Assembly (NCBI GenBank): GCA_964187785.1
Contig: OZ076409.1
Span: 22,508,001 to 22,572,000 of the forward strand
Reading direction: 5' to 3'
Length of the DNA stretch: 64,000 nt
Source: Amphiscolops sp. MND2022
Taxonomy: Eukaryota
The position numbers and the translations under genes are program-made. Within the stretch, counting starts at the first letter, position 1; every line of letters starts with the position of its first letter. This document shows positions 1 through 13,900 of this stretch, piece after piece. Under the pieces are notes generated by a model. It saw only the letters and a program-made list of their open reading frames with translations. It had not been told where the DNA came from and ran no database searches.

Positions 1-700
1 AGTTGGACTCTTGGAGAAGGTTCAATACGGGGAGATTAGTAATTCTCCAAACTTCTACTTGTCTCATCATTGCGTGCAGAAAGAAGATATTACAACCACC
101 AAGTTTCGTGTTGTATTTGACGCTAGTGCTGAAACGACAACTGAATTTTCACTTAATGATCGTTTGCTAGTTGGTCCCAAACTTCAAGATGATTTGTTCA
201 ATACTATTATACGATTTCATTGCTTTATCAAAAAACGTATCAGCAAGTTGAGCTGAATAAAGCCGATCGAGATTTTCATCGGAATTTTTGGAGATTTACA
301 GCTGATGGTCCTGAAGAAAATCTTCCAGAAGAAGTACCCATTGACGTGCAAAAAGCTATATTGAGATATTTTTGTGTTGATGACTTTCTCACTGGAGCCA
401 ATTCAATCAATAAAGCTCGAATACTCCAAAAGCAACTAGTGAAAACTCAAACGAGGAATCGATTTCCGCAATTGGACTTCAAACGAATCAAGCGTTATTC
501 TCGACTTTCCGCCAGTGTACCGCGAAGCAAATGACAAGTTTTGAAGTTTTAGACGAACACCATACAAAAAAAACAAAGAATTGCCTCGTTTTCAAGGATT
601 CCCACATCAAAAAAGATAACTTTGACGAAATGGTTTTGACCAAAAGACAAATTCTCAGCGACATTTCAAAGAATTCTGACCCATTGGACAGACGCTCTAG
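1..700 (+). pseudogene. Degenerate BEL/Pao reverse-transcriptase fragment
   Basis: HHCVQKED..TTKFRVVFDASA..SLNDRLLVGPKLQDDLF, then in another frame DRDFHRNFW and YFCVDDFLTGA, and ttgaccaaaagacaaattctcagc (LTKRQILS) near 640. These are typical BEL RT motifs, broken by frameshifts and deletions. Confidence 0.85.
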
Positions 701-2317
701 TTAATTCCTTCCCTGCGAAATGCGAAATCAAGGCAGGCGGTGTTATGTTCTGACTGGAATTTCATTTGAAATTGATGAGTCATTGCTTCGAATGAATGAG
801 TTCATATATTAATTCAAAATTGTAAAAGATCATACACGTACCTTAGATGAATCTTTCCTCCCCGATTTTTGTTAATACTTTCACATGTGTTTTTAATTTT
901 CCCGCATCCTGTGTTTTAATTGTTAAGCACAAGCTCTTCGAAAATAATAATTTTTCCTTTTCAATGCTTTTTTGGCCGATGCAGCGACTGGTCCACTGTT
1001 AAAAAATTGTGGCTATCGGTGAGACACCGTTGTTTCTCTTCTGTTATATGGGTTACATTAATGGCCCGGGTAGCATTAAGGACGCTTCTTGGCACCGCGT
1101 TTTCCAAAATCGCTAGATGGGTAAGGTTTTCGATTTTGAGCTTTTTGGTAATTTTTCAATCCAAAAATGAATATTATGGACTAATTATATTCATAATTCA
1201 TCGGTTCTAGTGTATCTAAATATACAAATTTTTTTACACCAATGCAATTTCTTGATTCGGATAATCATTCTTTCCCGTCAAACCAACTTGTTCAATAAGA
1301 TTCATAACATTCTAATGTTGGGTACACAGTTGGGTACAAATTGAGAGATTTTTGGACGTGGAACTACAAATTTCAGTTGAACAATTCTCTATTTTAGGTG
1401 TGTTCAAGATCATCAGTAATACACAATATTTGATGCGTATGCATTTTCATTCATGATCATCAAGGACCCATGAACCAAGGATGGAAAGCCATTGCATGTA
1501 AACCTGGGGGATTGCATGTAAACCTGGGGGATTTTATATATGAAGATACAATAGTTAGTATCAATTCCCCAACTGGTTCTGAAAATAAATGATACATTTT
1601 AACACAGTTGGAAACGTACAATGAAAGCTTGTTCTTCTTTTGTTATATCCGTTAAATCGGAAACCGGTTTTTTAATATAATTCGTTTAAAGAAAATAAAT
1701 TTTCTACATTGACTTGATTCGACTCGCTACGACAAAACAAGAAAGATTTCGGATACAGCATCGAAATTTCGAATATTTTTGATCCTTGATTTTCAATGTG
1801 GAACGTTGACTTCAATTTGGAAATTTCATTTCGGAAAAAAATTCGAACTCGCACTCCTGCTTCCAAACGTTGCACCCTAACCACTTATCCAAAGAGCCCT
1901 GGAAATTTGAAAACTTTTGGTTCGTGCGGAATTTGTGCCAACTACGTCATGATTTAAAACTTCGCACCCTAACCTCTTAGGCGAACTTGCAAATGCTTTC
2001 TAGCTTTCCGGTAGTTCCAAGCAGAAACAGTTGGGATTTTTTTAAAAAAACAATAAGCGATCAAAATTTAAAGTTTCAAAATTTTTTATCGAATGAAAAC
2101 CAACACATTCGTTTACGATACCAAAATATAGTGATTGTTGAGAAAAATAGTTTTCGCTGCTGGTTTCATTGTTGCACTTACCTTTCAAATGTTAAAAGCA
2201 AAAAAACTTCACGTAGAGGTCAAGATTTGATGACATTCAAATCGGTGTTACTGGGGGAAGATAACGACTTTTAGTCAAATACTAATTCTTTGATGATGCA
2301 ACCATTTGATATTTCAG

Positions 2318-2813
2318 AACTCGCCGAACTATGTCTGACGCTCTTGGGGAAATGTTCTTTTTCGGGCCTCTGCGACAAACTTTGGGGGAAATAACAACCC
2401 AGCACAAAGATTATCCACTATTTGCGTACGTTTTTGACTACACAACAGATACCAGAGGAAAAGATGTTCTAAGTTCCTCGTATGTGCCTCTTGGGATTGG
2501 AAACTTCCACGGTTTTGATATAGCGTTTTTCTTCAACCATCTCGGACAAAATTCTCCTTATGTCGACAACTTAACCGAGGCTGACATTCGAGTGAACTCA
2601 GCAATGGCTGAAATGGTAGAAACCTTCATGACTCAAGATGTTGATAGCATTGACCTCGAGAGATACTCTGCGGAGTCACAAAAGGTCAATACAGTCACTA
2701 AAGATGGAATTGCTACAGATTGCTTCAATTTCAAAAACTCTGTACATCGCTTACCTATGCCTAAGCTTGTCTTCAGTTCTCTATTACTGAAACTGTTTCC
2801 CAATAAACTCTAA
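2318..2813 (+). CDS. Terminal exon of a type-B carboxylesterase/cholinesterase-family gene
   Basis: Acceptor atttcag ends at 2317. Translation MSDALGEMFFFGP..FAYVFDY..GNFHGFDIAFFF..EADIRVNSAMAEMVETF fits the C-terminal carboxylesterase motifs, including the catalytic His (HGxD). Upstream exons were not identified. Confidence 0.7.
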
Positions 2814-3287
2814 ATATCAGGAAAATCCAAACCGGATTCATAACAACTTGAACATGAGGGAAGGAAGATACTTTTCAATTCCTCATGCAACAGTAAATTA
2901 CGGAAAAATGACAAAAAAACAAATGGTCATTTTGGTGATAACTTTACAGTCTTCTTCTATTAAGATGAGCTAATTCTGACAAGAAATAACCAGACACTGG
3001 ATATCGTTCGTTTGTCTCAGCGTATTCCATAAATTCGAAAGTGGATCACACAAACGTTGTTATGTAGGTCCTATGATTCTGATATAACCCAAACAACAGA
3101 AAACTGACATATTACAACCAAACATATGCCTTCGTCTATCAAGAATTCCAATTACTATAGCAATAGTTTACTTTATCTCGATGTTATATTGCACATATTT
3201 CTTATGCTATGGCTGAAGATCAAATTTACAAACGAAATCGAAATTCATTTCTTTCAAACCTAAATCGAAAACAAGAAACCCAATTAA

Positions 3288-3835
3288 CCCTAATTAACCC
3301 GGGCGTTCTTGGAAAATTTCAAAAACAGGATTAAAAACTTTAAATCATTAATATCTCCACAACTACGCGTACCAGAGAAATGAACTATAGCGCGTATGAA
3401 ATGTCTGGTACTGGGCTTTCATTATGGTCAGGTGAGCCCTATCGCCACGCCCCATTCTTCAGAATTTTAGTTTCTTCTTCCGGTATTCCGGTATCGCCGC
3501 TTCGCGACCATCCACACTGCTTATCGTAACAACGAACTATTATTGAGGTTTGTTGCACTAGCTCTCGTTGTGGACGGGTATTGGATTGCTTTTTTCTATG
3601 CGTTAATGACTTTCAAGGAAAGTGGATTTCGCCAAAAACTGAATTTTGGAAAATTATTGAAAACTCTGTTTTGGAGACGTATTCATTTCCTCTGATGCTT
3701 CTGCCATTAAAATCTATCTAGGCACCAAAGAATTGTTGAAAAAAAAACCGCGCTAGAGAATATGGGCCATTGGCTAAACGAATCAGAAATTCGAAAAACG
3801 TGGGGTGCTTTAAGGTACCGCTGTGTTAATTAGGG
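3288..3835. mobile_element. piggyBac-like MITE (548 bp)
   Basis: TTAA at 3284-3287 and 3836-3839; perfect 11-bp TIR CCCTAATTAAC/GTTAATTAGGG; no coding capacity. Confidence 0.75.
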
Positions 3836-6800
3836 TTAAGACGTGATTGTTTTGTCAATTGCTTCAAAATCTGCAAAAATGTCAAAACAGAATAGTCGAT
3901 TCGGAAAACGTGCTTAGGTATCAAAAACTTTTTTAAAAGCAAACACATTATGTTTCAAGATCCTTTATGATTTCAAGTTTCAAAATACTGTAGCTGTGTT
4001 AATATCTTAGGGCAGTTTTTGGCCCATCAAAAACGTGAAAATTGAATGCTTCAAAAGTCAAGGTTCAAGTTTTAGCCCTCCCACTTAACAGTAGGTCTCT
4101 CTGACCATCTGAGCCATCGCTGTGCAAAATGACGAAACAATGACCCATTGAGGGCACAATTACGGAACGTTCTGTCTTTAGAAACACATTCCGAAAGATC
4201 TCACATTGCCAAAATTATCCAAACAGAAAAACGCGCAATTTCTCACTAACGCGAAAATCACACAGGTGAAGCGGACAAATTCAAGAATAAAATCGGAATT
4301 TAAAATTTTTTTAAAAAACCAAGGGCAGCCATTGCAATTGTTTACAGTAGCTATTTTTTCTCCTGAATAGTCAACTTTTTGTTCCCATGAGCACTCGTCA
4401 AAGAAAACGTATAGGCAAAATGAAACCCGCCCTCGATCTTTTTTGTTGTCTTGACACCATTTTATCGTTGATTATCAACACTTTCTGAATATGCTTTCTT
4501 GAAAATTGACCCTGAAATTTCAAATTTTTGCATCTGGATCTTTTTTGTCTACTGATTATCAAAAAATGTGACGCAATTTGGAATTCTTTGTCAGAGAAAT
4601 CATGTTTCTTTAGCCTATTGGTGTCCTAGTGTATCATTTTTAGAAGAAGCGAAGCCTATTGCCAATCAATTTTCAGAGGCAATTTCACTTTTCTTCAGTC
4701 AAAAAGTGTGATATTGACCAAATTTCTCAATTTCTCGTCCCATATAATGGGTACGCGTTTTCCAGTTGAAAATTCGACATGACTGGAATACTTTCCAATA
4801 GAAGAGGTTTTGTCGACGGACGTTCCAACATGAAGCTTGATAGGTCGAATCGCAACACCAGTTTCTACTCAGTTGGTTACTATTATCTTCGGAACCATTC
4901 GAGCTACTGGCATAATGGATTAAAATTTTTTCGTGGTGCACTCCCGGTGCTTTCTCATGGAACAACTTTCCACCCGCTACCGAACTCCTTGGTGTAATTT
5001 TTGACTGAAAAAATTATTTGATCAAAGGCGTTATTTTAGCTTATTTGTTTCTCTGAGGCATATATTTCCGAGATTGTTTGTGATTTTTCTCCGATAGTTG
5101 CCTGAGGCAATTGCCCATGTGCTAGTGCTCGACTGTTCAACCAGAGCAGGCTCCATCAGAATCAAACTTGTGAGAAATTTGGTAGGTTTAGCTTTATAAT
5201 CCCACTTCCGAACAGTTAGCTGAAATATCTCCAAAACCATTCGAAGTACTGGCATGATGAGTTCATACCTTTTCATATTTCACTTCTGATGCCCTCTCTG
5301 GGAACTACTTTCATTCCAATAAAGTAGCTAATCAACGCATTTTCGATAAAAACTGATCATTGATCAAATAAGACTTTTATCCAATCTACTTTTCTATCGC
5401 CTATCTTCGAGAATATTTGCCAAGCAGATGATTTATATCCTGAATTGATTCGGTGTCGCTTAGCATTCTTCGCAAACCTTGCGCTAAACACCTTCTGTTA
5501 ACTTCTCTAGATATGATTGACGTGCCACGACAATCACCAGTTGCCCTTCCGAGGTTGTTGCCTGTGAATGCCCGGGCGAGGAGTTCCGAGAAATTGTTCA
5601 GTAGCGATATTCATCTCCTGTCTGCAGACCTGTGTCAGAATGCAGCCAACTCCTCTCTGTCTGGTAGTGTGGCTAACGTGCTTGGCGTGCTCTTTTCTTC
5701 TCCAGGGAGCACCAACTTTCCAGGGGCCTTTGGGGCAACGTCTAGGAGACATTACAAAAAAGACGTGGTGCTATCAAGAAAAAGAAAGTTCATGACATCT
5801 AACGACACAAATTCGTTTGCCAGTTCTTCTTCTCGACATTTTACATTCTACAGTCTGTGCTCTGATTTTTATGGTTAAAATTTTTGAAAATTCAGTATCT
5901 ACTCGTATTTTGGCATTAGAGAATTTCAGTGAAAATTTTCAGGTGTTCTAGCCTCTGAACTTACCTTATGTTCGAATTCTGAGGAGATGCGCTTCCTTGA
6001 CAGAGGGTTTCAACAAACCTTAAAAGTATTCAAATGAAACGGGTTAATTTCCATTCAATGCAAGGATATCATTGGATGGGGCATGGTGCAATTGGCAACC
6101 GCTCAGTTAGACGACTGTGCAATTGATCAACTTTTACATGTCATCTTATTTCAGTTCCGCTCACTGTTGGTTACGATTACGTAATCGGAGTATGTCAGCT
6201 ACGCTTCCTCAACCAATAATGTTCTAGAAATAGCTGTTAGTCGTCCAATTGATCAGTCGGCTAGTTGACTAGTCCAATTGAGCTGCACTCAGTTGAATGT
6301 TAGTGTATTGTTTGTGTTTTAGGGGTTTGTTGACGAAGCAAGGCTACCAGTGCATCCAATGCACTCTAGTCGTGCACAAAAAGTGTCATTCACGAGTGTT
6401 GACCTGGTGCCCGGCAGTCTTCAAGCAACTTCTGAAGTTCAGGTTAAAACTAACACCGTGTCAATGAATTTTTAAGATTCGGAAAAAAGTTTTGTCTAAT
6501 TATCCACTCGTACCTTTTTTCAGCCGACCTTTCAATGAGAATTTCAAAGTTCGCAAAAACTGTCCATACGATTTTTATAAAATTTAGCAGTCGTTCTGCG
6601 CCTGCGTGCGCAATGACATCATTATTGTATGACTGATATCTAAGAACGATAGCCTGATTAAGTCCAAAAATGACCAGAAACGGCCATTTTTGGACTTTTT
6701 CAATTTTCTCGAAAACTGCCCATACGATTCGAACGAAATTTTTACGAATCATTCTACATCATATTAGCGTCCTATGTGTACAATGAAATCAAAATCGTAT

Positions 6801-7338
6801 GACTGGGATCCGAGAAACAGCCAAATATAGTCGAAAAAATGACCGAATGACAATAAAGTACGTAATTTGTTTTCAATATTAGTAGTTAATTTATATATTT
6901 GTTTCAATATTTGTTATTAATGTTTTTGGCAGGTTTGTGATGAAATTGGATCTAGCTGATCCCAATTTTGCTGATTTTAGATCTAATTCTGCAAATATAA
7001 TGTACTTTTCCTGAACACCTTTTTGGACCTCGGAAGTATGTAGGAAGTCGCAGGAATACGTTAGGAACCTAGGAATCGTTTTTACAGGCTTGTGGGGCCT
7101 GTCCGGCCTTTGAGAGTGCCGGCGCGTCGCCTCGGAGCTCTAATCTGAGGAGTCTCCTTAGACGTATGAAAAGTCCTCCTAGGAGACCATTTTGGGAGAA
7201 AAAATGATGCCTAGGGCTGTAGTAAGACAACGGTCTCCTGTTTAAGCACCCTAGGTATTGTCCCACTTCCTAGATGTGCGCCGCTAGCCGGACGTTACAT
7301 TTGCATTTTTTTAAAAGACACCTCACTCTTCTCGTTAA

Positions 7339-7928
7339 CCCCAATCGACCCTCGCTTTATTGCAAATTTTCGAAAAACTTGGATGAAAATTTTCAATGAC
7401 TGATATTTCCAAAACTAAACGGGGGCTTCATTACGAGACACATCCCGCAACAGGATCCTGCTAGTTCAATTTTAGTCCAATCAGAGCGCGAATATTTTTT
7501 TTGGAAGATTTACACTTATGACACATTACACGCATTGATAAGTCATTAAACTAGTTGATACAGCTTCGTAAATTGAACAGTTTACACCAGCAGAAATTAC
7601 AATAATTGACTAGTTTACGCCAAACAAGTTGTAGTTGCAACAGTGTAATATAAGGTTTTAAGGTTTTGTTTTTTAAGTGTAAAGGCTTTCAGTTTTTTAT
7701 GGGTCAAAGACTTTTGAGAAAATTTGTTTTTTGCCAAAAACGAATTGTGGAAAATTTTAATCTTCTTTGCTAGAATTCACTTTTTCTAAAGCTTGTGCCT
7801 TTCAAAACAAACTTCTACCAACAAACTGTGAAATGGAAAATGTGTTGAAAAAAAAACAAACTACTTGCAATACGATTCACAGGTTGAAAACTGTACGTTG
7901 CTTTAAAGCAATGCTAGGTTAATTAGGG
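7339..7928. mobile_element. Second, diverged piggyBac-like MITE (590 bp)
   Basis: TTAA at 7335-7338 and 7929-7932; right TIR GGTTAATTAGGG; degenerate left TIR CCCCAATCGACCC; the first ~80 bp align with the left end of the 3288 MITE. Confidence 0.65.
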
Positions 7929-8482
7929 TTAAGGAATATTTGGTCCCATCAGTTGATGACCCAATAAATTTCATTTGTTAAATGGTTTTAACAGTTGTTC
8001 ATTGTTTCCAAAGCAATCGAAAGTTTGGAAAAGCCATAAGGTTGCCCAAGGTATTGATTTCCTTGTTGATTTTTAGCTTGTGGATTTACGTGTCACAAGA
8101 AATGCGAGACTTTCGTGGCGAATATATGTGGAGTTCCGCAGAAGCTTCTAGCAGACGCCTTATCCAGTATAGATATAACTAGACAGGTCCTAACGAGAAT
8201 CTGTTATTGAGTTGAGTCAATTAATGGCCGAAGCTAAAAGTCCCTACTTGCCGTGTGTCTTCAGAGGGGTCCGTAAAATAACTATGTTCATACAATCTTA
8301 CGTCACCAGTCGGGGTCAGATACAGTTGGTAGATCAATACTAATTATATATGATTTGACAGTTTTGATCATCACAAGTGAATTTACATGACGTGGCATCG
8401 ACAAGTCTTTCAAGCAGTCTAAAGATCACGTTTCCATGTTTGATTGAGTTGTCGTCTGACATGAGTTGACGCTATGCCCAAG

Positions 8483-8883
8483 TGTGATGCCATGATGCAT
8501 GTCCTCAAAGATTCTATAAATTTGAAATACTCTGAACTCTTAACCAAAGCAATTAGTAAATGTAATCTAATTTAGAAGCTAAGAAACTTCATTTAATATA
8601 TCCTGTACCAAGCTCCCCTGATTCATCCTGTTGCTGTCACATTGTTAATTGATGTAACCTACCCTAGTTAATAGAATATATCTACTCGGAGAAATTGAGA
8701 ATTCATCTTAGCAATCGGTCTTCCTCCCATACTTCAAGAACTGAGATCTCAGAAATAGATTGTACTCAGAACTAGCTAGCTACAAGATATAAGACAAGAC
8801 GACTCTGCTGCTTAAATCTTAGATTTCTTATGTCAGTAATAAAACATCTAAAAGAAACCACCTCACAACTTTTCAACAGCTCA
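8483..8883 (+). repeat. Element A 5' LTR
   Basis: TGTGATGCC...CAGCTCA; about 7 substitutions relative to 33728-34128; AATAAA near the 3' end. Confidence 0.95.
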
Positions 8884-8885
8884 AT

Positions 8886-8897
8886 TGGTGCGACCAA
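8886..8897 (+). promoter_or_regulatory. Element A putative primer-binding site
   Basis: TGGTGCGACCAA begins 2 nt after the 5' LTR; cognate tRNA not assigned. Confidence 0.6.
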
Positions 8898-9955
8898 GAA
8901 AATTCTTTTTTCTCTCCCATTTATTTCACACATCTACAAATGTTGTACCTCTTTCCTCGACTTTCTCACACGCTATCTCTTTGTTCGACACACAGTTTCT
9001 CCACCTCTCAATATCGCCTATCGTTATTAACTTCAACGTTGCAACCAATTTCTATCTGAAATTGATTCGTGTTGCTATGGTTCTGACTGCGTTTCTCAAC
9101 GTAATTCCTGTCAGTCATATTTCTTGGTTCTGACTACGTTTCTTGACGTAATTACTGTCAGTAAAATTTTCGTTCCAACCACCACTGAGTGAATTCGTGT
9201 TGGCTTTCTCTCTTTCTTCCGTTCCAACCGCAGACGCGCGATACGTGTTGGCCCTTCTTCAGTGCTATCCAGCGATTCCTGCTAGTAGAAATCTCTTTGG
9301 TTCTAGCCGCTTGGATCAACTTTAAAGTTGGCACACCTATCTAACACATATTTTTTACATAACATAATTATAACACTTTTCTTGTTCTCGCTTCTATAGT
9401 ACAAATAACATACAAAACTCTTAAAACTAGCTTACGGATCCAAATACATAACAATTAAATTATATAACACATACATCACATATTTCTTTATATAACGTTC
9501 ATTTTTCATACACCTATATAAAACAAATTTTAAAACAACCTCTTGGACACATTCTTCATTGTACATGCCGCCTTCAGTAGACACTATAGTTAAACTCATT
9601 GTTTGCTTTTGGTTCTTTGTTGCTATTATTGCCGGTCTTGCACTTTTTCTGGACAAATTCTTAATTTCATTCATACCAAAACTTTGAAGTACAACCTTTT
9701 TCTCCTATGTTAACAAGTATAGTACTACCTCTGTTTGGACTACTCAGTATTTACCACACCTTTCATACACTTATTCAATATATACAAAACCCACTCCTTC
9801 TTTTTATAAGTATTGTACTTACTATTTTTTTACAAATTGTTTTCATAGATCAAATTTTACCATATAATTCACAATTCAATACAAAATATCTTCTTTTCCA
9901 ATACATCTATCCTTTATGGCAATCTTATTGTACTAACCAAACTTAATATCATATA

Positions 9956-10976
9956 ATGCTTCCCACTCCATTTACAGTCACTACTGAAAAAAGACAAAAT
10001 CGATCTCTTATACAAGATGTAACACCTTTTCTACAAAACAATATCTTTCAGTACACAAACCCACTTCCATTTGAAACAGAACCCCATACATTACATACTA
10101 TTCCATTAGTACGAGAACATTGTGATTCTTATCTATATTATATCCACTATAAAACACTTGACATTACACCATCACAGACCCCTTTTCAAGTTATTTTTAA
10201 CCCAGTTAAAGGAATAAACTCTGGAACATTTTATAGAACTATACACCCAAAAAATATTACACTTTCTATATAAGATGTTTTTCACACATACATGCAAAAA
10301 CTCATTGAATTCAAAGAAATCCAAGACACACCACCTTATCGTCCTTCTCATTTACAAGAATTAAAACACAGATCTGAATATTTCGAGGTCCCCGATCTTG
10401 ACACAAAAGTCCAAAGACATGATAATCCTCATTATTGGTTACAGCGAGATATCTTACAAATAAAACATTTTCAGTACAGATTCTTTAACAACATTATCCT
10501 TACAGATGACACTATACCTCAAGTCAAAATTTTCACACAATTCTTATTAAAGTTTCTTTGATTTAATTATCAACTAATTTGGGAACAAAAAAGATCAACA
10601 AGCTTATGTTAACTTCCCTCAAATATTAACACATATAGAACTCTTACCATACATCATAAAAAATGAAAACAAACATTTACATTACAGAGACCTTACTTCA
10701 TTAACTGTTACACATTTTGAACAAATAAACTTAGACCACAACTTTGTACTTGAACATTCTGAAACATCAGATAACAGACCTTTTACTACACCTGATACTT
10801 TTCATGAAACAACTCCTGAAGAACAAACCTCTAGCGTTGAACCTTCATATACAAGACAACAATCAGACCAATCAAAACAAGAATCCCCAGAACCAGAAGC
10901 CCTTGTTAATCTTTTTCAAAATCCTGATCCTCCTCAAGAACCACCATCATACCCACCATTATCACAAATTTCAGAT
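9956..10976 (+). pseudogene. Disrupted ORF upstream of element A gag (accessory ORF or gag N-terminal extension)
   Basis: Consecutive protein-like ORF pieces (9956-10273, 10292-10561 and further fragments) separated by stops and frameshifts; no recognised domain. Confidence 0.45.
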
Positions 10977-13900
10977 ATGCAACAACCAAATCCTTCTGAA
11001 ACAAATACAATTCACAATATATCAGAATTTTCTGAAGAAACAGTACAAAATACTCGAAGTTTTACAATAACCGATGATTCAAATCTTATAATAATTCCTA
11101 CCCACAATATCACACAAAATGAAATTACAAACCAAAATCAAGACAACACTTCAAATACAAACACAGACAATACCTCTATTTTATCTACATCTAATACTAA
11201 TATTACTCAATCCTCTCAGACACAAATACTATCTCCTCGAAATTATAATCCACCTTCTGTTCCACCTCAATTCTCAACTCAGATAAATACTCATGACTCC
11301 TCTCAACAAAGCTCATCAAATACACCCTACATTGCACAAAACAATAATACAGTACATTTTCAAACACCAACTCCACCATTATCTTCTGAAATACACACTT
11401 CGACATATACTCCAGCTCAAACCAACTCAGTACAAACTACACAAACTACCCTAAACATTAACACTATCCATTCCAACCCATCTACAAATTATACCACTGC
11501 CAGACATCTTTCTCGACATCCATTACAACCTATATTAACTAATCCATTATCATACAGTCTCACCAGTACTAATCCAAGTCATACACAACAATCTCAGATA
11601 AATTACAACACACCCATCCCATTAAATACTCTTTCTTCTCAACATACATCCAATACAATCATTCCTACTTTACAAACTTCTCAATTTCAATTACCAAATC
11701 CTCCTTCAACAACAAGTAGAACTAACCCTCACTTTTATAACACTTCAACTACTTCTTTACCTAATATTTCAAATAATCCTACGTACAATACAACACCCCC
11801 ATCTACTATATCTCATACCAGTATGTCACACCCAACATATATTAACTCTTCTACTTCTAAATCAGAACCCATTAAACCTTTTGATGGACTCGATCACAAC
11901 TATACACCTGAAGAATACTTACAACATATTGAGGCACGTGTTACATTTTCCTTAGGTTTACAACCTACATCAGAACATGAATATAAATTTTGGCACGCCC
12001 GTCGCATGGCTTTCATACAAGGCTCTTTAACAGGTACAGCACTCAGCTGGTACATTCGTTTAAATGACACTTATAAACATGATTGGCACGTTTTTGTACA
12101 AGCTTTCAAAAAACAATTCTCCTCACAAAAGAACGCTTACTATGCTCAAGTTGAAGCCTTTAACTTAAACAAAAAAGACAATGAAACAGTACGTCATTTT
12201 GCACTCAAACTCCAACAGCTGGTTGAAAAAGGCTGGTGTAATGAGAATGCATCCACTATAAACCTTAAATGTAATGAAATTTTTACAAAAAGATTTCCAA
12301 AAAATCTTGAAGATTTTGCAAATAAAAGGCAAGTAAAACACACCTCCACTGTTCTAGAACCTTCAATTCCTTTTCATACATTAGTAAAACTTGTTGACGC
12401 TGAAGATATAGCAAACGACAAAATCAGAACACATGATCTTGCACTTGAAATTAAAAATATTACAAAACAATTGAACACTCAAACTCTTGATCACTCATCT
12501 CAAGAACAACTAATGTATACACAACCCAAAGACCCAAATAACAAAAATAAACCTGCATATAAAAAATATTGCTCATACTGTCATAGAACAAATCATTCCA
12601 TTTCTGCTTGTTTCAAAAAACAACGAGATGATGAAGATAAACGAGAAGCATATGCCCGATCAAAATCTCCACAAAAATTATTCGTTCAGTACTTTCGTTC
12701 TCCTTCCAATGATAGAACAAAACACTATGATAATCGATACCGAAGTCGAAGTACTTCACGAGACAATTCTTACAACAAAAATTGTTCACAAAACCGATAC
12801 CGTTCTACATCTCGAGACAGAGATAGATTTCGTTACGACAAAAGTACTACTCCTCCACACTACTCTGAATCAAGATATGATACATACAAACGTGATTCTC
12901 GGTCTTACCGTTCTCCTTACAGATGTTCTTATAGATCCCCATATAGACAAAACTCTCGTCCTAGATACCGATCACGCTCCTATTCAAGAGATAACAAATT
13001 CACAAAGTACACAAAGTCATATAGACCACCATCAAGACCAAGAGATTTTAGATTTTCTAGATCTCGCTCACACTCAAATTCCAGAAATAAAATCAATATG
13101 ATACAACAACAAGACCAAACTGACCCTATCAAATTTGAAGTACACATGTATCACCCAACATCAATGGCAAATGCTGTCACACCTACAAGTTGGTTTTATA
13201 CACTATATGTACACACCCCATCAAGTATAGTACTAAGAGACAACCCATCTAGATTAGAAATTGCATTCCTTCTAGATAGCGGTGCTTCCATTTCTGTACT
13301 CAATTACCCAACATACATAACTCTTACAAAACTTTTAGATATCAGATCAAATCACACCTCTTATGTTGGACCAACTCGAAATTCCAAAACATTAACCGTT
13401 GCAAACCAAACTGAAGTTTCTATTTTACATTATGCCAATATAATTTTGAACACCACTATTGATGAAGACTCTCGTTTCTTTTCAGTACCTTTCCCCGTAG
13501 CTGACATCAAATACAATATCCTTGGCACACCATTCTTTGAAGACAATATACAAAACATAAACATACAAGACTTTACACTCGAATTTAAATACCAATCAAA
13601 AACACACCCAAATTATGCAAAATTTACAACACTCCTATCTAAAGATTCTCCATACTTCTCTTACATTTATAGAATTAACTCAAAAACTCAAATACGTCTA
13701 AAACCCAAATCTTCAAAAATTGCACACTTTCCGATTAAAAATTATCATAATCTTCATTTTACAACTACACCACAGAACCACTTCTTTCCTTCAGTACCTC
13801 ATACCTATTTTGCTACCAAATTCCGTACAAATTTCAATTTCATTGAAGTATTTACAGACGACAAGCCAGATATTTGTGCAACTATTATTCAGAACACTTC

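Noticed and set aside
7001..7299. Short solo LTR (TGTA..TACA)
   Set aside because: The flanks TATAA and TTTGC are not a TSD and there is no second copy in the window.
3284..7932. Telomeric TTAGGG/CCCTAA seeds
   Set aside because: Single occurrences that belong to the MITE TIR plus the TTAA target site.
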